Assembly (NCBI GenBank): GCA_051362555.1
Contig: CM120641.1
Coordinates: 15,500,001 to 15,564,000, forward strand
Source of the DNA: Lingula anatina
Taxonomy: Eukaryota > Animalia > Brachiopoda
Direction: 5' to 3'
DNA length: 64,000 bases
Shown: positions 27,355 through 40,668 of the stretch, one piece after another
Position numbering within the stretch: position 1 is the stretch's first letter
Layout: the number at the start of each line of letters is the position of its first letter
Notes under the pieces: generated by a model
Database searches by the model: none
Told to the model about the DNA's origin: nothing
Seen by the model: the letters and a program-made list of their open reading frames with translations, nothing else
Program-made: the position numbers and the translations under genes

Positions 27355-29297
27355 TAAGTATTATATATTGTATTTTTCCTTCCAGCGTGAAAGAATCTGC
27401 GTCTACTTTCACACACTACAACGCTATTGTATCTGCAGACGGTAGCATCAGTTGGAATTTCCCCGCCATAGTTCGCAGCACGTGTAGTTTGAATGTTCGC
27501 TATTTTCCTTACGATGAACAGAGATGCCCTCTCAAATTTGGATCATGGACGTTTGATGGACTTCAGTTAGACTTAAAAAATCTGTCGATGTCAGGAGATT
27601 CGTCCACTTATGTCACAAACGGGGAGTGGGAATTGAAAGATATCCCTGTGGTCCGCAATGAGTTGTATTACAATTGTTGTCCGGAGCCCTACCCTGATGT
27701 CACATTCACAATCATAATCAGACGACAGTCACTCTTCTACCTTTTCAACTTGGTTCTACCTTGTGCACTGATTGTTGCAATAACGATCCTTGTTTTCTAC
27801 CTTCCCCCAGAGTCTGGAGAGAAGGTATCACTTAGTGTGACAGTGCTGTTGGCACTAACAGTTTTTCTGCAGATTGTGGCACAAACCATGCCAGCACAGT
27901 CGGAGGTAGTACCGTTGATTGGTAAGTACTAACGTATTTAAATACCTCAATTGAACCTGATTGTGTTTGATGAGAGCTGGACAATGCCAAAAGCTGTTTA
28001 TTCCCCAGATTGTGTTTAAACGCCAGTTGTGCTCAAATACTATATCGCGTTTGCAGTTAAATTTCAGACAGAGCTTCCGTATCATGTGGTCGACCGTGTG
28101 GTCTTAGTATACCATGTATATATATGTAGTTCTTATGTTTAGATACATATTTGTTCTTTACTGTTTACAGTTCCATCTAACCTTTACTAAATCTGATGCA
28201 CCTTAACATTTCAACAGTGACATATAAATGAATGGCTCTGATCCAAGAAACGTATCTGCAGTATATAAATGATCTGAATTAAATATCTAAAGAAAATTAT
28301 TAAGAAATTGTTAACCTAACTAAGACTCTTCAGTATGTTTTCAATTATCGATCTCGTCTTATCACATGCTAACCATCATTTATCAATATTAACAAATTTA
28401 ATTCAATGCAGTTTTGTTTAACAATTAAATTTTAACCCCCTAGGTGAGTATTTTGGCGCGGCAATAGCCTTGCTCTCCGTCTCCACAGCCCTGACTGTGA
28501 TTGTATTGAACCTACACTTTCGTGGCTCCCACAACAACGAAGTCCCTTACTGGATGAGGAAAGTCGTGCTAGAGTACATGGCTAAGCTACTTTTTATGAC
28601 GGAGACAGTGAAAAGGAATGTATCAAGTCCCAAAAAGGTATGCTCACTGGTTTGAATAATGATTAACATGGCCGATACAGAAAGAGGACGCGTGGGGAAT
28701 ATTCGTTAATTTTATCTGTATATAAAATCAAAATAAAATCTTATCGTCATTTTAAAATTCTTTTCTTTTTTACGGATTTATTTATTCGGTCATCATAATT
28801 TGTTTCAAGAACATATGTAACTTAAAAGAAAGATAGATGTAGCCTACCTTAAAACAAAAATAATGAGGTCATATATTTATATTATAATATTTATATCATA
28901 TTATATTATATTATATTATATTATATTATATTATATTATTACGAAATGTTTTCGGTTTTAGGAGGAGACCCGCGTATATCCCTCCCATATACCACACCTG
29001 GCAAATGGCAAGAAAACTCCACACTATCCTAATACTTCAGTCAGAGATCTTCGTAAAGAACCCCTCGCCATCTTAGACTTGGAACCCCAGAACGACACCA
29101 ATAGTCTGCTCCTCTCAATAAGCAAAACATTAGACAAATTTGAGGTGTATCTGGAGGAGAAAGAAGTCCAGGAGCAATGTGAGACAGATTGGCAGCTAGT
29201 GGCGAGAGTTGTGGACAGGTTTCTCTTAGTCGTGTTTTCTCTCATCACCCTGATCGTGTCTGTCACCATTTTTTCAAACCGACCAACTTACGACTAA
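22883..29297 (+). CDS. Nicotinic acetylcholine receptor alpha subunit (alpha7/9/10-like), gene 2, ~468 aa
   Basis: Exons 22883-22916 (signal peptide [11 protein letters not shown], donor G|GTGAGT; least certain exon), 24446-24597, 25269-25313 (45 bp), 26877-26986 (110 bp), 27386-27921, 28444-28637 and 28962-29297 total 1407 nt in frame. Motifs: [79 protein letters not shown]. Confidence 0.95.
25913..26257. mobile_element. ~345-bp MITE with TTAA flanks (Kolobok-like), copy 2, intronic in nAChR gene 2
   Basis: TTAA-AGGGATAACAACT...AGTTGTTATCTTT-TTAA; shares internal blocks (GTGCTTGCC, GATGGCTA, GGAATGG, ACCATTGGTAA) with copy 1. Confidence 0.7.
26557..26641. other. 85-nt near-perfect hairpin in an intron of nAChR gene 2
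   Basis: 38-bp arms AGATAAGTGAAACGAACT...CCGAATT / AATTCGG...AGTTCGTTTCACTTATCT, 3 mismatches, 9-nt loop. Confidence 0.85.
27310..27351. repeat. (CT)n microsatellite just upstream of the nAChR gene 2 large-exon acceptor
   Basis: Directly visible. Confidence 0.95.
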
Positions 29298-30019
29298 GTG
29301 CGGTTTGGCCGTCCCGCTTTTTTAAGCTAAAACTTGGCCCGTATACAAATCATGAATATACGTGAAATGGTTCTTATTTACTCTTACGCCAGGTAGTACC
29401 CTATAAAAACATTACGGGAAGCATATCATAGCAATATGGACTTATGGAAATGAATTTTAAAAAAGACCTATTAAAGAAGAAAAAATCTAATACTAGTACA
29501 TTTGTGAACATTGAACATTATGTATATGTAAAGCAGTCTGAAACTTTACAGGCTTTATATTAGCAGGCTATGTTTCACCTGTACAATTTTTGTCTGTTTT
29601 TACGCCTATATCATGGCCATCGCGGTGTGTTAATCGTGCAGATACCATAATATTTGGAATTAGAGGGCATATACGTATAATTATTTTTTAGAGAACAAGT
29701 AGACTTAACTGTATCCATGGCGTCACCCACACTTACGTCCATTGCTTTTAGTAAAAAATCATGAAACAATTTTCAAACATAAAAAAATGCAATCGTTTTT
29801 ACTTGCAGGTGGAATTTATTCGTTTTATAAGCATTTTGTTTATTGATACGTTTTTCATTATTAATCAAGTCCAGCATTTAGTTTAGAATCGTTCATCAAT
29901 TTTTGCAGCACAAAGGGAAAACGTTACGGAATTACAATGTACTTATATACATATACTATATGCATATATATAAATGCACGTGCACGATACTGGCATTGAT
30001 ATAAATACATTGACTGGCA

Positions 30020-31336
30020 CTCAAGGTATTTCTCAAAAAGTATACATCTTACGTTTGGCCAGTATCTGTTAATTTTATTATTGTTTAAACAACGCTTTTA
30101 ACAGTGCTTTTACTATTGCTGATTTGAGGCATATTGGAAAATAAAGTGCGCATGTAGAATGATGAGTTCAACAGTTTCGCAAAAAAAGATGTCGGACATG
30201 TAGCAAGCAAAGTACTGTAGGTAGGGGACAAAAAACTGACTTGTTAAAAAATAAAGAAAATTTATTTTATTTATTTATTTATTGCTAAATAAATCGAGGG
30301 GGAAATTACGTCAAAATTTTATTATCTGAATTAAATTGAAAGATAATACAATAACTTGAAAGATAAAATAATGTTCATTTTTTATCATTGCTTGAATAAA
30401 TTTCACCCATAAATTTCATCCTTTCCTTTCATTGTCGGTAAAATGTCTTTTCTATTGCCATTTATTTGTTTTTTCCACGATCAATTTAAAAAAAAATTTC
30501 ATTTAAACACAATTAATTTAACATACTCGGATACTGATTATGCTATTTTAGCAGTAACGCCATGATTTTTCTTTCTTTGATATAAATATCATTACTTTAT
30601 TATTTCTTTTATGCATCTCGATGGCCAATCGAGATCATTGGCCATTTTCAGTCATGCACGATGTTTGCTGTATCTGACCTTGAATTTTATGGGTTTTTAC
30701 AAATGTATGCCCTTTCGTTATGCTATATTTACTCAAACTCGCTGTATTAAAGTTTACAGTAAAATATTTCTAATTGAAATACGACTGGAGCGATAACACT
30801 AAAACTGAATAAATTCGTAAATCGTTTTTTTTAAATCTAGAATAAATAACAAATACAGTAGATATACACAATGAAACAAAAAAATTTAACTCCTGATCAT
30901 TTGCATGACAAAAACTCGTGGTTACAGAAAAATGTTTCCTTAATCACTTAAGTGGCAATAATGTGCGACAGAGTTACATTACTATGCCTAAATTTAATTT
31001 GCTTGAGATATTAACCTACTTTATATTGCGAATTTAAAAAGCCATTATCGACGTTCACCAGTTTTGAGGCATGTTTTACTTTAAGTAATGGAATTACTCT
31101 TGAAAATGATGTACACACTTTGGTTTTAAGTGAAAATTCCAGGATATTAGCATGAATCTGTCTCGATAATGTATTAAGACATTTTTATTCAATCTAATTG
31201 TATTCTGTGAAGTTACTAATTTTCTTGAGGAATAGAATTTTGAGGTTTACCACATTTTATCCACATTATCTGCACTAAATGCCTATTCAATTACAAATAA
31301 AAACGTCCACAACATATATAGTCTTGGATCTTATTA

Positions 31337-31369
<33 letters not shown>

Positions 31370-32295
31370 AAAGCTTCATACCACCAGCTATTAGTCAGGT
31401 CCTACTGTGTCTTAATATGTTGGGCAAGCATTAAAACATCACGGAAACATGTGACGAATATTAGATTTCAGAGCAACTATCCCTATAGAAACATTTATGT
31501 CCAGATGACTCAACCTATGTACCTAATTTTTGGCGCCAAAGGTTTTGCACAACACTTTGAAACATCGTTGCAATTAAGATCTCTCTCTCTCTCTCTCTCT
31601 CTTATTCACCCACAGATACAAACAAGCACGCGGTTTAAGCATGACACTAAAAACAATCGGCAATGAATGATCCATCCCTCTTAAACGACCTTCTAGCGTG
31701 AATCCTGTGCACGGATTCAAGTATAGGCCTATCTTGAGTAACAAATTGAAAACACATATTCTTGAATTTTAGTGTGATGTTAATGCACGGAGTTCTGCAT
31801 CTTATTTTGGTATTAAAGCTTACTTGCTAGCCGTACTAGTTTTGCTTGCAGAAAGTTTAAGGAGAATTATATTCTTATCTTCAATATTTGTGGAATGCAC
31901 ATCAGAGGGCTATTTTTCCTACGTTCTGTCCTTCCACCGTTGGGAGAGCTCATTGATGTTTAACTTTACAGTTCAATCTCATACGTATGATAGAATCCTT
32001 GATATCTATCGTTTCCTCTACCTTGCCAGTAAGGTTGGTACAAAAACTGGCCTTAAGATTCTGTTAGTGTAGCCAAATCAGATGGTCTTGGCGACTTGAA
32101 GTCTTGGCGAAGTCGGAAGAAAAGAATCCCATTTAATATCAAAGAGCATCCGAACAGAGCCCAGCCTGCAAACTGAAACATTATATTGTACAGTTATGTT
32201 TATCTAAATATGTTTTATTGTTTATACATGTTTGTAATTGTGACGCAATTCAAGAATATAGACAGTTTCCTATATTCTGGTGTGTGTGTGTGTGT

Positions 32296-32332
<37 letters not shown>

Positions 32333-35300
32333 GGAGAGAGAGAGAGAGATACCTGGGCGAAGTTCGTTATGTCATAGAAATAAGATCCATCCACGTTAAG
32401 CCATTTGATATTCGTTTGAGTGCCGCGGCACCTGAAATTGAATAAAAAGGTTGACAATTTAAAAAAAAGCTTGACAACTGAAAACACTGACAACAAAATC
32501 GGCCATGGGATGTTTACTATTAAATGCAAAGTTAAGGAGGGACAAACAGATTCATCAATAAAAGGACTCGTATATTGTTTGATTAATGGACGCCCGTGTA
32601 TGAAAATTACGAAATAATTGGGGGGGGGGGGGGGGGGGGGGTAAAAGGGCCAATATGTAAAATAACGATTTTCAGAAAAAGAAAAGGGGTCTTTAAATCT
32701 GAAGGTATCAGAGGTACATGTACTTCTAGGGCCTACTCACGTCGGAGCGATGTTCCGTTTGGAGGTGATCTGTTTACAGAATGCAGCCAGTCCTGCGCTG
32801 ATAACTATTGCACATGCCAATAGCAGTATAGTTTTTAAAACGCTCAACACAGCTGGTATCATGGTCACAATGTCCTGCCTAAAGTATTTTAAAAGTTCTG
32901 TAGACTTTTGCAACGGGTAGATTTACTTACAGAGTTAATACTTTTTGTTTTTATCAAAAATAGACATTTTATATATAACATAATATTCAAATAAAATACT
33001 AGCTGCGTCGTACAATATTGGGGATCCTCTTAGATCAGATTTGACATATAATACAACTAAGGTGCCGTGTATAAGATTTTCACTCACCCTTGTCTGCTCC
33101 TCGCTAGCACGGTATACATGCAATAGATAAACATGAACATTGCATTGACGGCGTTCAAGGCGGATATTATGGAGACAAAACTGCACGGTGTGTGAGTAGA
33201 TGTCTTGGACACAAATCTAAACATCCACATATTATCTTCGTAACCCCACTTTCCAGAGGCAAACAGCAAACATTAGCCATTCCATTTTATCTGTATGATC
33301 CCTATTGAAAGGGAAACACTGGCGCTTCCTATGAAGACAAGGAAGTAAGTAACTGTAAGTAATATAAGCGTCACCCTAACCGCCATTTTGGCAGTTTTTC
33401 CGGGAGTATCTGTTCTTGTTGGATATATGGACCAATCATCGACTGACGAATGTAGTTCAGTGAGAGAAATTTATTGCTCTTTCCATTTTTCCTGGCATTT
33501 CTTGTGTGTTGCTAGGGTTAATTTTGGTGTCAACTAGCAGGCTAGGGTGTAAACTAAGTAAATGTTAATGTACCAGGTAGGTTATTCCATTTTCAGCTTT
33601 GGCCGCAACAATATTTATTTATTGCAGTAGCGGAGATTGTTAGGGAGAGAACATGGATGTGTAATGTTGTTCAGAATGTTCAATTGCGGATTAGTACTAG
33701 TTACAACACAGGTCGCCCAAGGTATTTCTCAAGAAATGGACATCTTAAGATTGGCCAGTAACTTTTAATTTTATTATTGTTTAAACCACGCTTTTAACAG
33801 TGCTTTTACTATTGTTGATTTGAGGCATATTGGAAAATAAAGTGCCCATGTTGAATGATGAGTTCAACAGTTTCGAAAAAAAAAGATGTCTGACATGTAG
33901 CAAGCGAAGTAGGTAGGGGACCAAAAACTGACTTTTTAAAAAATAAAGAAATACGTCAAATTTTTATTTTCTCAATTAACCTTGAAAGAGAAAATAATGT
34001 TCATTTTTTATCATTGCTTGAATAAATTTCACCCACTCATCCTTTCCTTTCATTGTCAATAAAATGTCTTTTCTATTGCCCACTATTTGTTTTTTCCACG
34101 ATCAATTTTAAACAATTTTTCATTAAAACACAATTCATTTAACATGCTCGGATATTAATATGCTATTTTAGCAGTAATGGCATGTTTTTTTTTTCTTTGA
34201 TATAAGTATTATTATTTCTTTTATGCATCTCGATGGCCAATCGAGATCATTGGCCATTTTCAGTCATGCACTATGTTTGCTGTATCTGATCTTGAATTTT
34301 ATGGGTTTTTACAAATGTATGCCTTTTTGTTACGCTATTTTTTCTCAAACGCGCTGTATTAAAGTTTACAGTAAAATATTTCTAATAGAAATACGACTGG
34401 AGCGATAACACTAAAACTGAATAAATTCGTTAATCTTTTTTTTAATCTAGAATAAATAAAAATTACAGTAGATATACACAATGAAACAAAAAAATTAATT
34501 TGAACTCTTGATCATCCCCATGACAAAAGCCAGTGGTTACAGAAAAAAATGTTTCCTTAATCACTTAAGTGGCAATAATGTGCGGCAGAGCTACTATGCC
34601 TAAATTCAATTGCTTGAGATATTAACCTACTTTATATTGCGAATTTAAAAAGCAATTATCGACGTTCTTCAGTTTTAAGGCATGTTTTAAGTAATGGAAT
34701 TACTCTTGAAAATGATGTACACACTTTAGTTTTAAGTGAAAATGCCAGGATATTAAGCATGAATCTGTCGTATTCTGTGAAGTTACTGATTTTCTTGAGG
34801 AATAGAATTTTGAAGTTTACATGTACCACATTTCATTCACTCACATATAAAAACGTCCACAACATAGTCTTGGACCCTATTGCATAGGATACATAAAAAT
34901 ACATGAATCAAGCTTCATACCACCAGCTATTAGTCTGGTCCCACTGTGTCTTAATATGTTGGGCAAACATTAAAACATCACGGAAACATGTGACGAATAT
35001 AAGATTCCAGAGCAACTATCCCTAGCAACGTAGGCCTACATGTATATGTCCAGATTTCTTTACCTATTTATAGAAAATTTTGGCGCCAAAAGTTATGCAC
35101 AACCTATAGAAACATCGTTGCAATTAAAATCTCTCTCTTTGTCTCTCTTTTATCTCATTCATCCACAATACACACACGCGGTTTAAGCATGTGATACTAA
35201 AATTCAACTGGCGATGCATGACCCAGCCCCTTTAAACATGACCTTCTAGCGTGAAGCCTGTGCACGGATATATAAGTATCTTGGATAACAAATTGTAAAC

Positions 35301-35821
35301 ACATAGTCTTGAATATCTATGTGATGTAAATGTACGGAGTCCTGCATCTTATTTTGATAGCTTTCTTGCTAGCCGTACTAGTTTTGCTCGAGGAAAGTTT
35401 AAGGAGAATTTTATTCTTATCTTCAATATTTGTGGCATGCACAGAGGTCTATTCTTCCTATGTTCTGTCCTTCCACCGTTGGAAGAGATTGATGTGTAAC
35501 TCGACCTGCCCTAGAATTCACAATTCAATCTCATACTTATGAATGAATCCTTGATATCTTTCCTGCTACCTCGCCAGTTACGTCGGTATCAAAGCCGGTC
35601 TTCAGATTCAGTAAGCGTAGCCAAATCTTACTGTCTTGACGACTTGAGGTCTTGGCGAAGTCGGAAGAAAAGAATCCCATTTAATATCAAAGAGCATCCG
35701 AGCAGAGCCCAGCCTGCCCACTGAAATATTATATTGTACAGCTATGATAATATGTATAATTGTTTATATGTAATTGAAACGCTTAGCAATTTACAAGAAT
35801 ATAGACGATTTCTTAGGTTCT

Positions 35822-35859
<38 letters not shown>

Positions 35860-35866
35860 GGTGTGT

Positions 35867-35904
<38 letters not shown>

Positions 35905-36050
35905 GGCGAAGTTCATTATATCATAGAAATTAGACCCATCCACGTCAATCCATTTGATATGTGTTTGAGCATCACGGCACCTGAAATTCAAATTTTAAAA
36001 AGAATATAAGAGACATATAAATAAGACCTTCAGTGCAAAGGTTGACATGA
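30020..36050. repeat. Older tandem duplication: ~30020-32460 vs ~33715-36050 (3' parts and flanks of copies A and B)
   Basis: Collinear, moderately diverged blocks, for example ORF pair 30611/34223 and shared (GT)n(GA)n in intron 3. Confidence 0.85.
32053..33386 (-). pseudogene. TMEM179: TMEM179-like copy A, nonsense pseudogene
   Basis: Exons 33386-33088, 32878-32741, 32431-32353 and 32172-32053 are homologous to copies B-E. An in-frame TAA at 33275-33273 (codon 38) gives WNG*CLLF instead of WNGRCLLF, and GSAC has become GSAS. Confidence 0.8.
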
Positions 36051-36834
36051 AAACACACCACGACTCAATCACGTTGAGCCTCAGCACTAATTGTGAAATA
36101 ACATAATAAAAAAGAAAATAATTGTCAAAATTTTAAATTACGATAAAAAGGAAAAAAAAGGTTTTCGTAACCTCTGATAAGTTATCAGGTAGGATTACTT
36201 ACGTCGGATAGACGTTCCCTTTGGAGGTGATGTCTTCACAGAACACAGCTAGTCCTGCGCTGATCACAATCGCACAAGCTAACATCAGTGTTGTTGAAAA
36301 TATGCTAAACACAGCCGGTGCCAGGTTCAAGATGTCCTTCCTACAACATTTAAATTATTTAGACGATGTTTTTGTAATGGATTCGCAAAGAGTCCATACA
36401 TTGTACATTATATTTTCATCAAAATTGCATGCATGAAAATCTAGATTTTCCATAAATAAATAAATAAAGTAGCTCGATGTACACTAGTGCTAATTATAGC
36501 TCATTAAATTTGCATGCAGTTATTATTGTGGCTATTTTTTTACTCACCCCTGTCTGCTTTTGGCCCGCAACGTATACATGCAATAGATAAACATTATCAA
36601 CGCATGGAAAGAGGTCAGGGCGCACGCAATGGAGACAAAATTACAAGGCATGTGTGCGTACGTTTCGGAGGTGAATCCAAATACTGAACCTGTCCACTCC
36701 CCAGAGGCAAATAGAATGCATCTACCATTCCATATTATCTGTATGGTCCCTACAGAGACTGAAACACACGCGCTCCCTATGAATATGAGGAAATAAATAA
36801 CTGTCAGTAATATAAGTGCCACTCTAACCGCCAT
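35628..36834 (-). CDS. TMEM179: TMEM179-like four-TM protein, copy B (subtype 2), ~198 aa
   Basis: Exons 36834-36548, 36340-36203 (138 bp), 35980-35902 (79 bp) and 35720-35628. Family-like motifs GRCILFASGEW, PCNF, SAGLAVFCE.IT, C..AQ, NFYD...AQ, AGW. An early TAA shortens the tail, and the exon-3 donor is weak (GTCTCT). Confidence 0.75.
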
Positions 36835-38139
36835 TTTGTCTGTCTGTATTTTTTTAAATTTTTTTTTGGGGGGGGGGTGCATGTTTACGGTAATGACTCT
36901 TTTCAATGGGGGAAATTACCAATGCCTTAAATACATAATTTTGGAATCATAAAAAATGTGCCTTTATATTAAGCATTTCTAGTGTTTTTACTGTAGAACT
37001 ATAGGGTGACCTGCTATCGCTCAGTTGAAATGTTCTAAATTTAAGAATTTATGGCTTAAAAGTTACAGTAGGTTCATATGTAAAATTCACAAATTTTACA
37101 TTAGAAATGATCGACTCATTACCGTTTTAGTTGGTCGGTGCAGTCACATTACAGAAATGTTCCACACCTAACACAACTCTCAGTAGACAGTTGGACGATG
37201 TCGGAATTTATCTTATTTATTTTAACTTATTTATTTGTTGGTACTGCATGTAAGGATTTTTAACACATTTAAATCTTACATTTTAATAAGTGCGACGCGT
37301 GGTGACATAAATTTAATATGCCTATGTGCGTAGATAGATTCGATGGTTTATAGGGAAAAAGTGAAATGAAAATAAAAAATAACTGATAGGTTAAATCAGT
37401 AGTTAACTGAGCATACTATATTTCAGATGGGACCTGCGTAATCGACCAGAGAAACGTCACCTTTTTTTATTTTAGGTCATACTTGATTAATAATAATAAT
37501 CTTTATTGAAATATGGCAATTCAAAGGTTGAAGTTATACATTAATATATATATTTTATTTATTCTTTTTAAATCAAATTTATTTAAGTCGAAGAAGCCTG
37601 GTCATTTTTTGGCCCTGTTGCACACTATAGGATGTCGCTCTCGCCTCCCTGGGGAGGATACAAATTAAACTGGCCTTCAATGCAGAACATCTTTTTTCTC
37701 TGAGAAATTACTTGACCAACTTTCTAAGGTCCACAAATAACAAGCACAACCATGCAATATAAGTGGAGTTTAAGTCTTGTTGGAAGCATTTTCTAAAGTC
37801 AAAAGAGCACATACTGTATACATGTATGTAGCTTTGTATTTTTGTTTGCTTAATTGGCGAATTCAATTAATGAACTGGTGTCACAATGACATCAAAGACA
37901 TTATCAAAAGTTATTAAAACACGACTTCATTCCTTAGTTTGATTGATTAGTCATCAAAATAGGAAAAAAGTTATAAAAAAATGATTTGGGAAAATATTCC
38001 ATATTAAATGTCAAGTCTGTATTTTCCAGGAACGCTGATGGTTTCTAGCTTATTGCAGAAAAAGACGAAGCTGTTAAGTTGTTCACAAAGGCTTCGATCC
38101 TGAGAGGTCTCCCGGTATAGTTGCTAAAACCAAATTGGT

Positions 38140-39040
38140 GGTCACAAGGATGCTTTTAGGGGGCAATCTGCCCCTCATTTTTGAGGGTACGGGTTGTCGT
38201 TGTTTTTCTGTTTCGGCATAACCGTAAAAGCAATTGGCCCATCTCCTGGTGATTGGCTTTGGATGCCCCGGGCGTGGCCTTCCGTGCGGATTCCTTGAAG
38301 ATCGATTCGTTGTCTGTGTAGATCCCTACGGATTTTTGGCACCCATGTGGTCAGAATGAGGAAAGACACAAATTCAAATTCGTGCAAATGAGTCACCCTA
38401 AGTTTTGAACATCTTCACTATTGCCATGCCTCCTAAAACTACCAAAGGTGGAAGGAAAAGAGACCAACAAAAGTTCACCGAACAATTCCCGAACGGGAAA
38501 TGCACGATGCCACCTATGATAATGCTACGGCCTACGGGCTTACGATTTTCAAAATATGTCAATGGTTTTAGCTTGACAGAACCATAGAGGCAACGGAGGA
38601 TGTAAATCCGTACGATTCCGTATGATTTCTCACGGCCACCGTCTGCCTGCGCTCAGACGCTACACGAAAAGAGTTTTAAGGACATCGCATGGCAAATGTA
38701 ACCTACGCTCTGGTTAATCTCGGACCAACCCAAACAGAACTACCCAATGAAATAAGTACATATAACGTACAAAATGTATTCACGATCAAGGCAAAAGAAA
38801 AATGCTCCGACATAAAGGGAAAAACCTCTCTACCTAAGGCCTCTGATAAGAGTAGAATGTAGGTTTCATGTTTCATAATTTTCACAATCTGAGAGACAGG
38901 CCTACCCAACTACCAGACTCGGCACCTACGGATCCAGAATAAACCGGTATATCAGACCACACCACCCGTTTTCAAGGTGTGTGTCAGATCGCATTACAGA
39001 GTATCATACCCCATCACAAATGCGCTACGAGGTTAATACG
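38140..39040. repeat. GC-richer interspersed-repeat-like segment, possibly a non-autonomous DNA transposon remnant; duplicated at ~58085-58985
   Basis: Compositional contrast with the flanks and recurrent CCGTA/TACGG motifs; no termini defined. Confidence 0.3.
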
Positions 39041-40668
39041 TTCAAGCATGTCAAAAAGTAAAAACATGCAAACTTCGTGCTTTTATTTACTATTAATTAC
39101 ACTATTATTTTACGCTTTACCACCCCACTAAAGTTGTAGACTTGGGTTTGTCTCCGTGCTAACATACACTTGATCCTTATTGTGCTTGTTGAGAACAGCC
39201 CTTGCCAGGTGCCACCTATCCCCAATTTATGTTCACACGCCCGTTGTTCTAAAATACTATTTGTATTTGCAGTTCAATTCAAGACAATGCTTACATGTAC
39301 ATAAACTTTGCCATACGGCCGACCATACGGTGTTAGTAATACAATAAACAGAATATAGCAAATATAAATATATGTAGCTCTTATGATAAGATACACCTGT
39401 ACATATTTGTTCTTCACTACTGACAGTTCTAGAGAAATCTTCAATTCTGGTTCTTCGGTAACTACTATTTCGGCCAGATATGCCTACAGGTAGAGATATC
39501 TACACCGACATTTTCTTGACACCCCCTAAAGAGTATGTGTAGGACGCTTATCGGTAAATCCAGATTGCAATATTTACAAATTATGCTTCATATTTACATA
39601 CCCGTTAGTAATCACACGATAAAAATAAGCACAGTTTTTCCGTGTAACACTGTTAGTAAACACCACTGACTACCAGTAGGTTCAACCAGCCTATTATTCA
39701 AAATGATATATATTATTAAGATACACTGTAGCACTGATTGGGGTACCTGTCTGGTCTCTTTTATAATAATCGGTATAATTCAGTCGGTATTTAATGAGGT
39801 GTATGAGACCTTCCTTGGTGATATATGTAGGCCTAGTCTAAGGTAACCTTCCACTTCTTCCCGGATATGCAGCATTTCATGCTGGCTCTGGTAAACCAAA
39901 ACAAACGATTTCAAAGTTCGTGAAAATGATTTAGATTCTAGATCTCTCAATCACCTCTACTAGTACATACTTGGTAAATCCAAACTTCATGCACCATATA
40001 ACAGTCAAAAGTATGAAGTTACAATATACGTAAGCCTCATCATTGACCTTGTAGTTGCTCAATGAACTTAGGATTTCGTCGTTCCGCAAAGATGCAGTCC
40101 AGTACATGTGTATTGATACCAACATGTCTACATACTAATGACATGACACAGTTTCATGTTTTTCAAATTTCAAATAAATCTGTTTGTATTTACATAAGGT
40201 CCTGAATACCCACTACTAAACGCCTCGTTGACTTGTGTTTTCTTCGTTGTGTTGACCTTGATGACCCATTTATCACAAAAATAAGTCTTACTTAGCACAT
40301 TCAAATGCTTGTGCAGGTGGACATCAGTATCAGATATATCAATAACGTTTTCTGCATAGAATAATTCCAGTAAAATTTGCAGTATGGTAATAAATATATC
40401 TCATGCCATACCACATGCTTTACATGTAGATAATTTGCCGTGTGCATTACTTAACTGTTTCAAAAACACTGGTACATAATGGAAACCAATGAACTAACAT
40501 GCATCGATTGTCTGTACTGGTCCTATAGTGCACTCTAAAACAGGAAACCGAATAAAAAACTGTACATGGCAATGATGAATGTAGAACATTATGTTCCAGT
40601 GGAAATACTGAAAAAAGTGAGAGATACGTTTTCTAGGCATTCCCGCTGTCTTGCCAGTTAGGTCTGCA

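Noticed and set aside
38175-40125. Short ORFs conserved between the 38-40 kb and 58-60 kb regions
   Set aside because: The conservation is explained by the recent segmental duplication, not by coding constraint.
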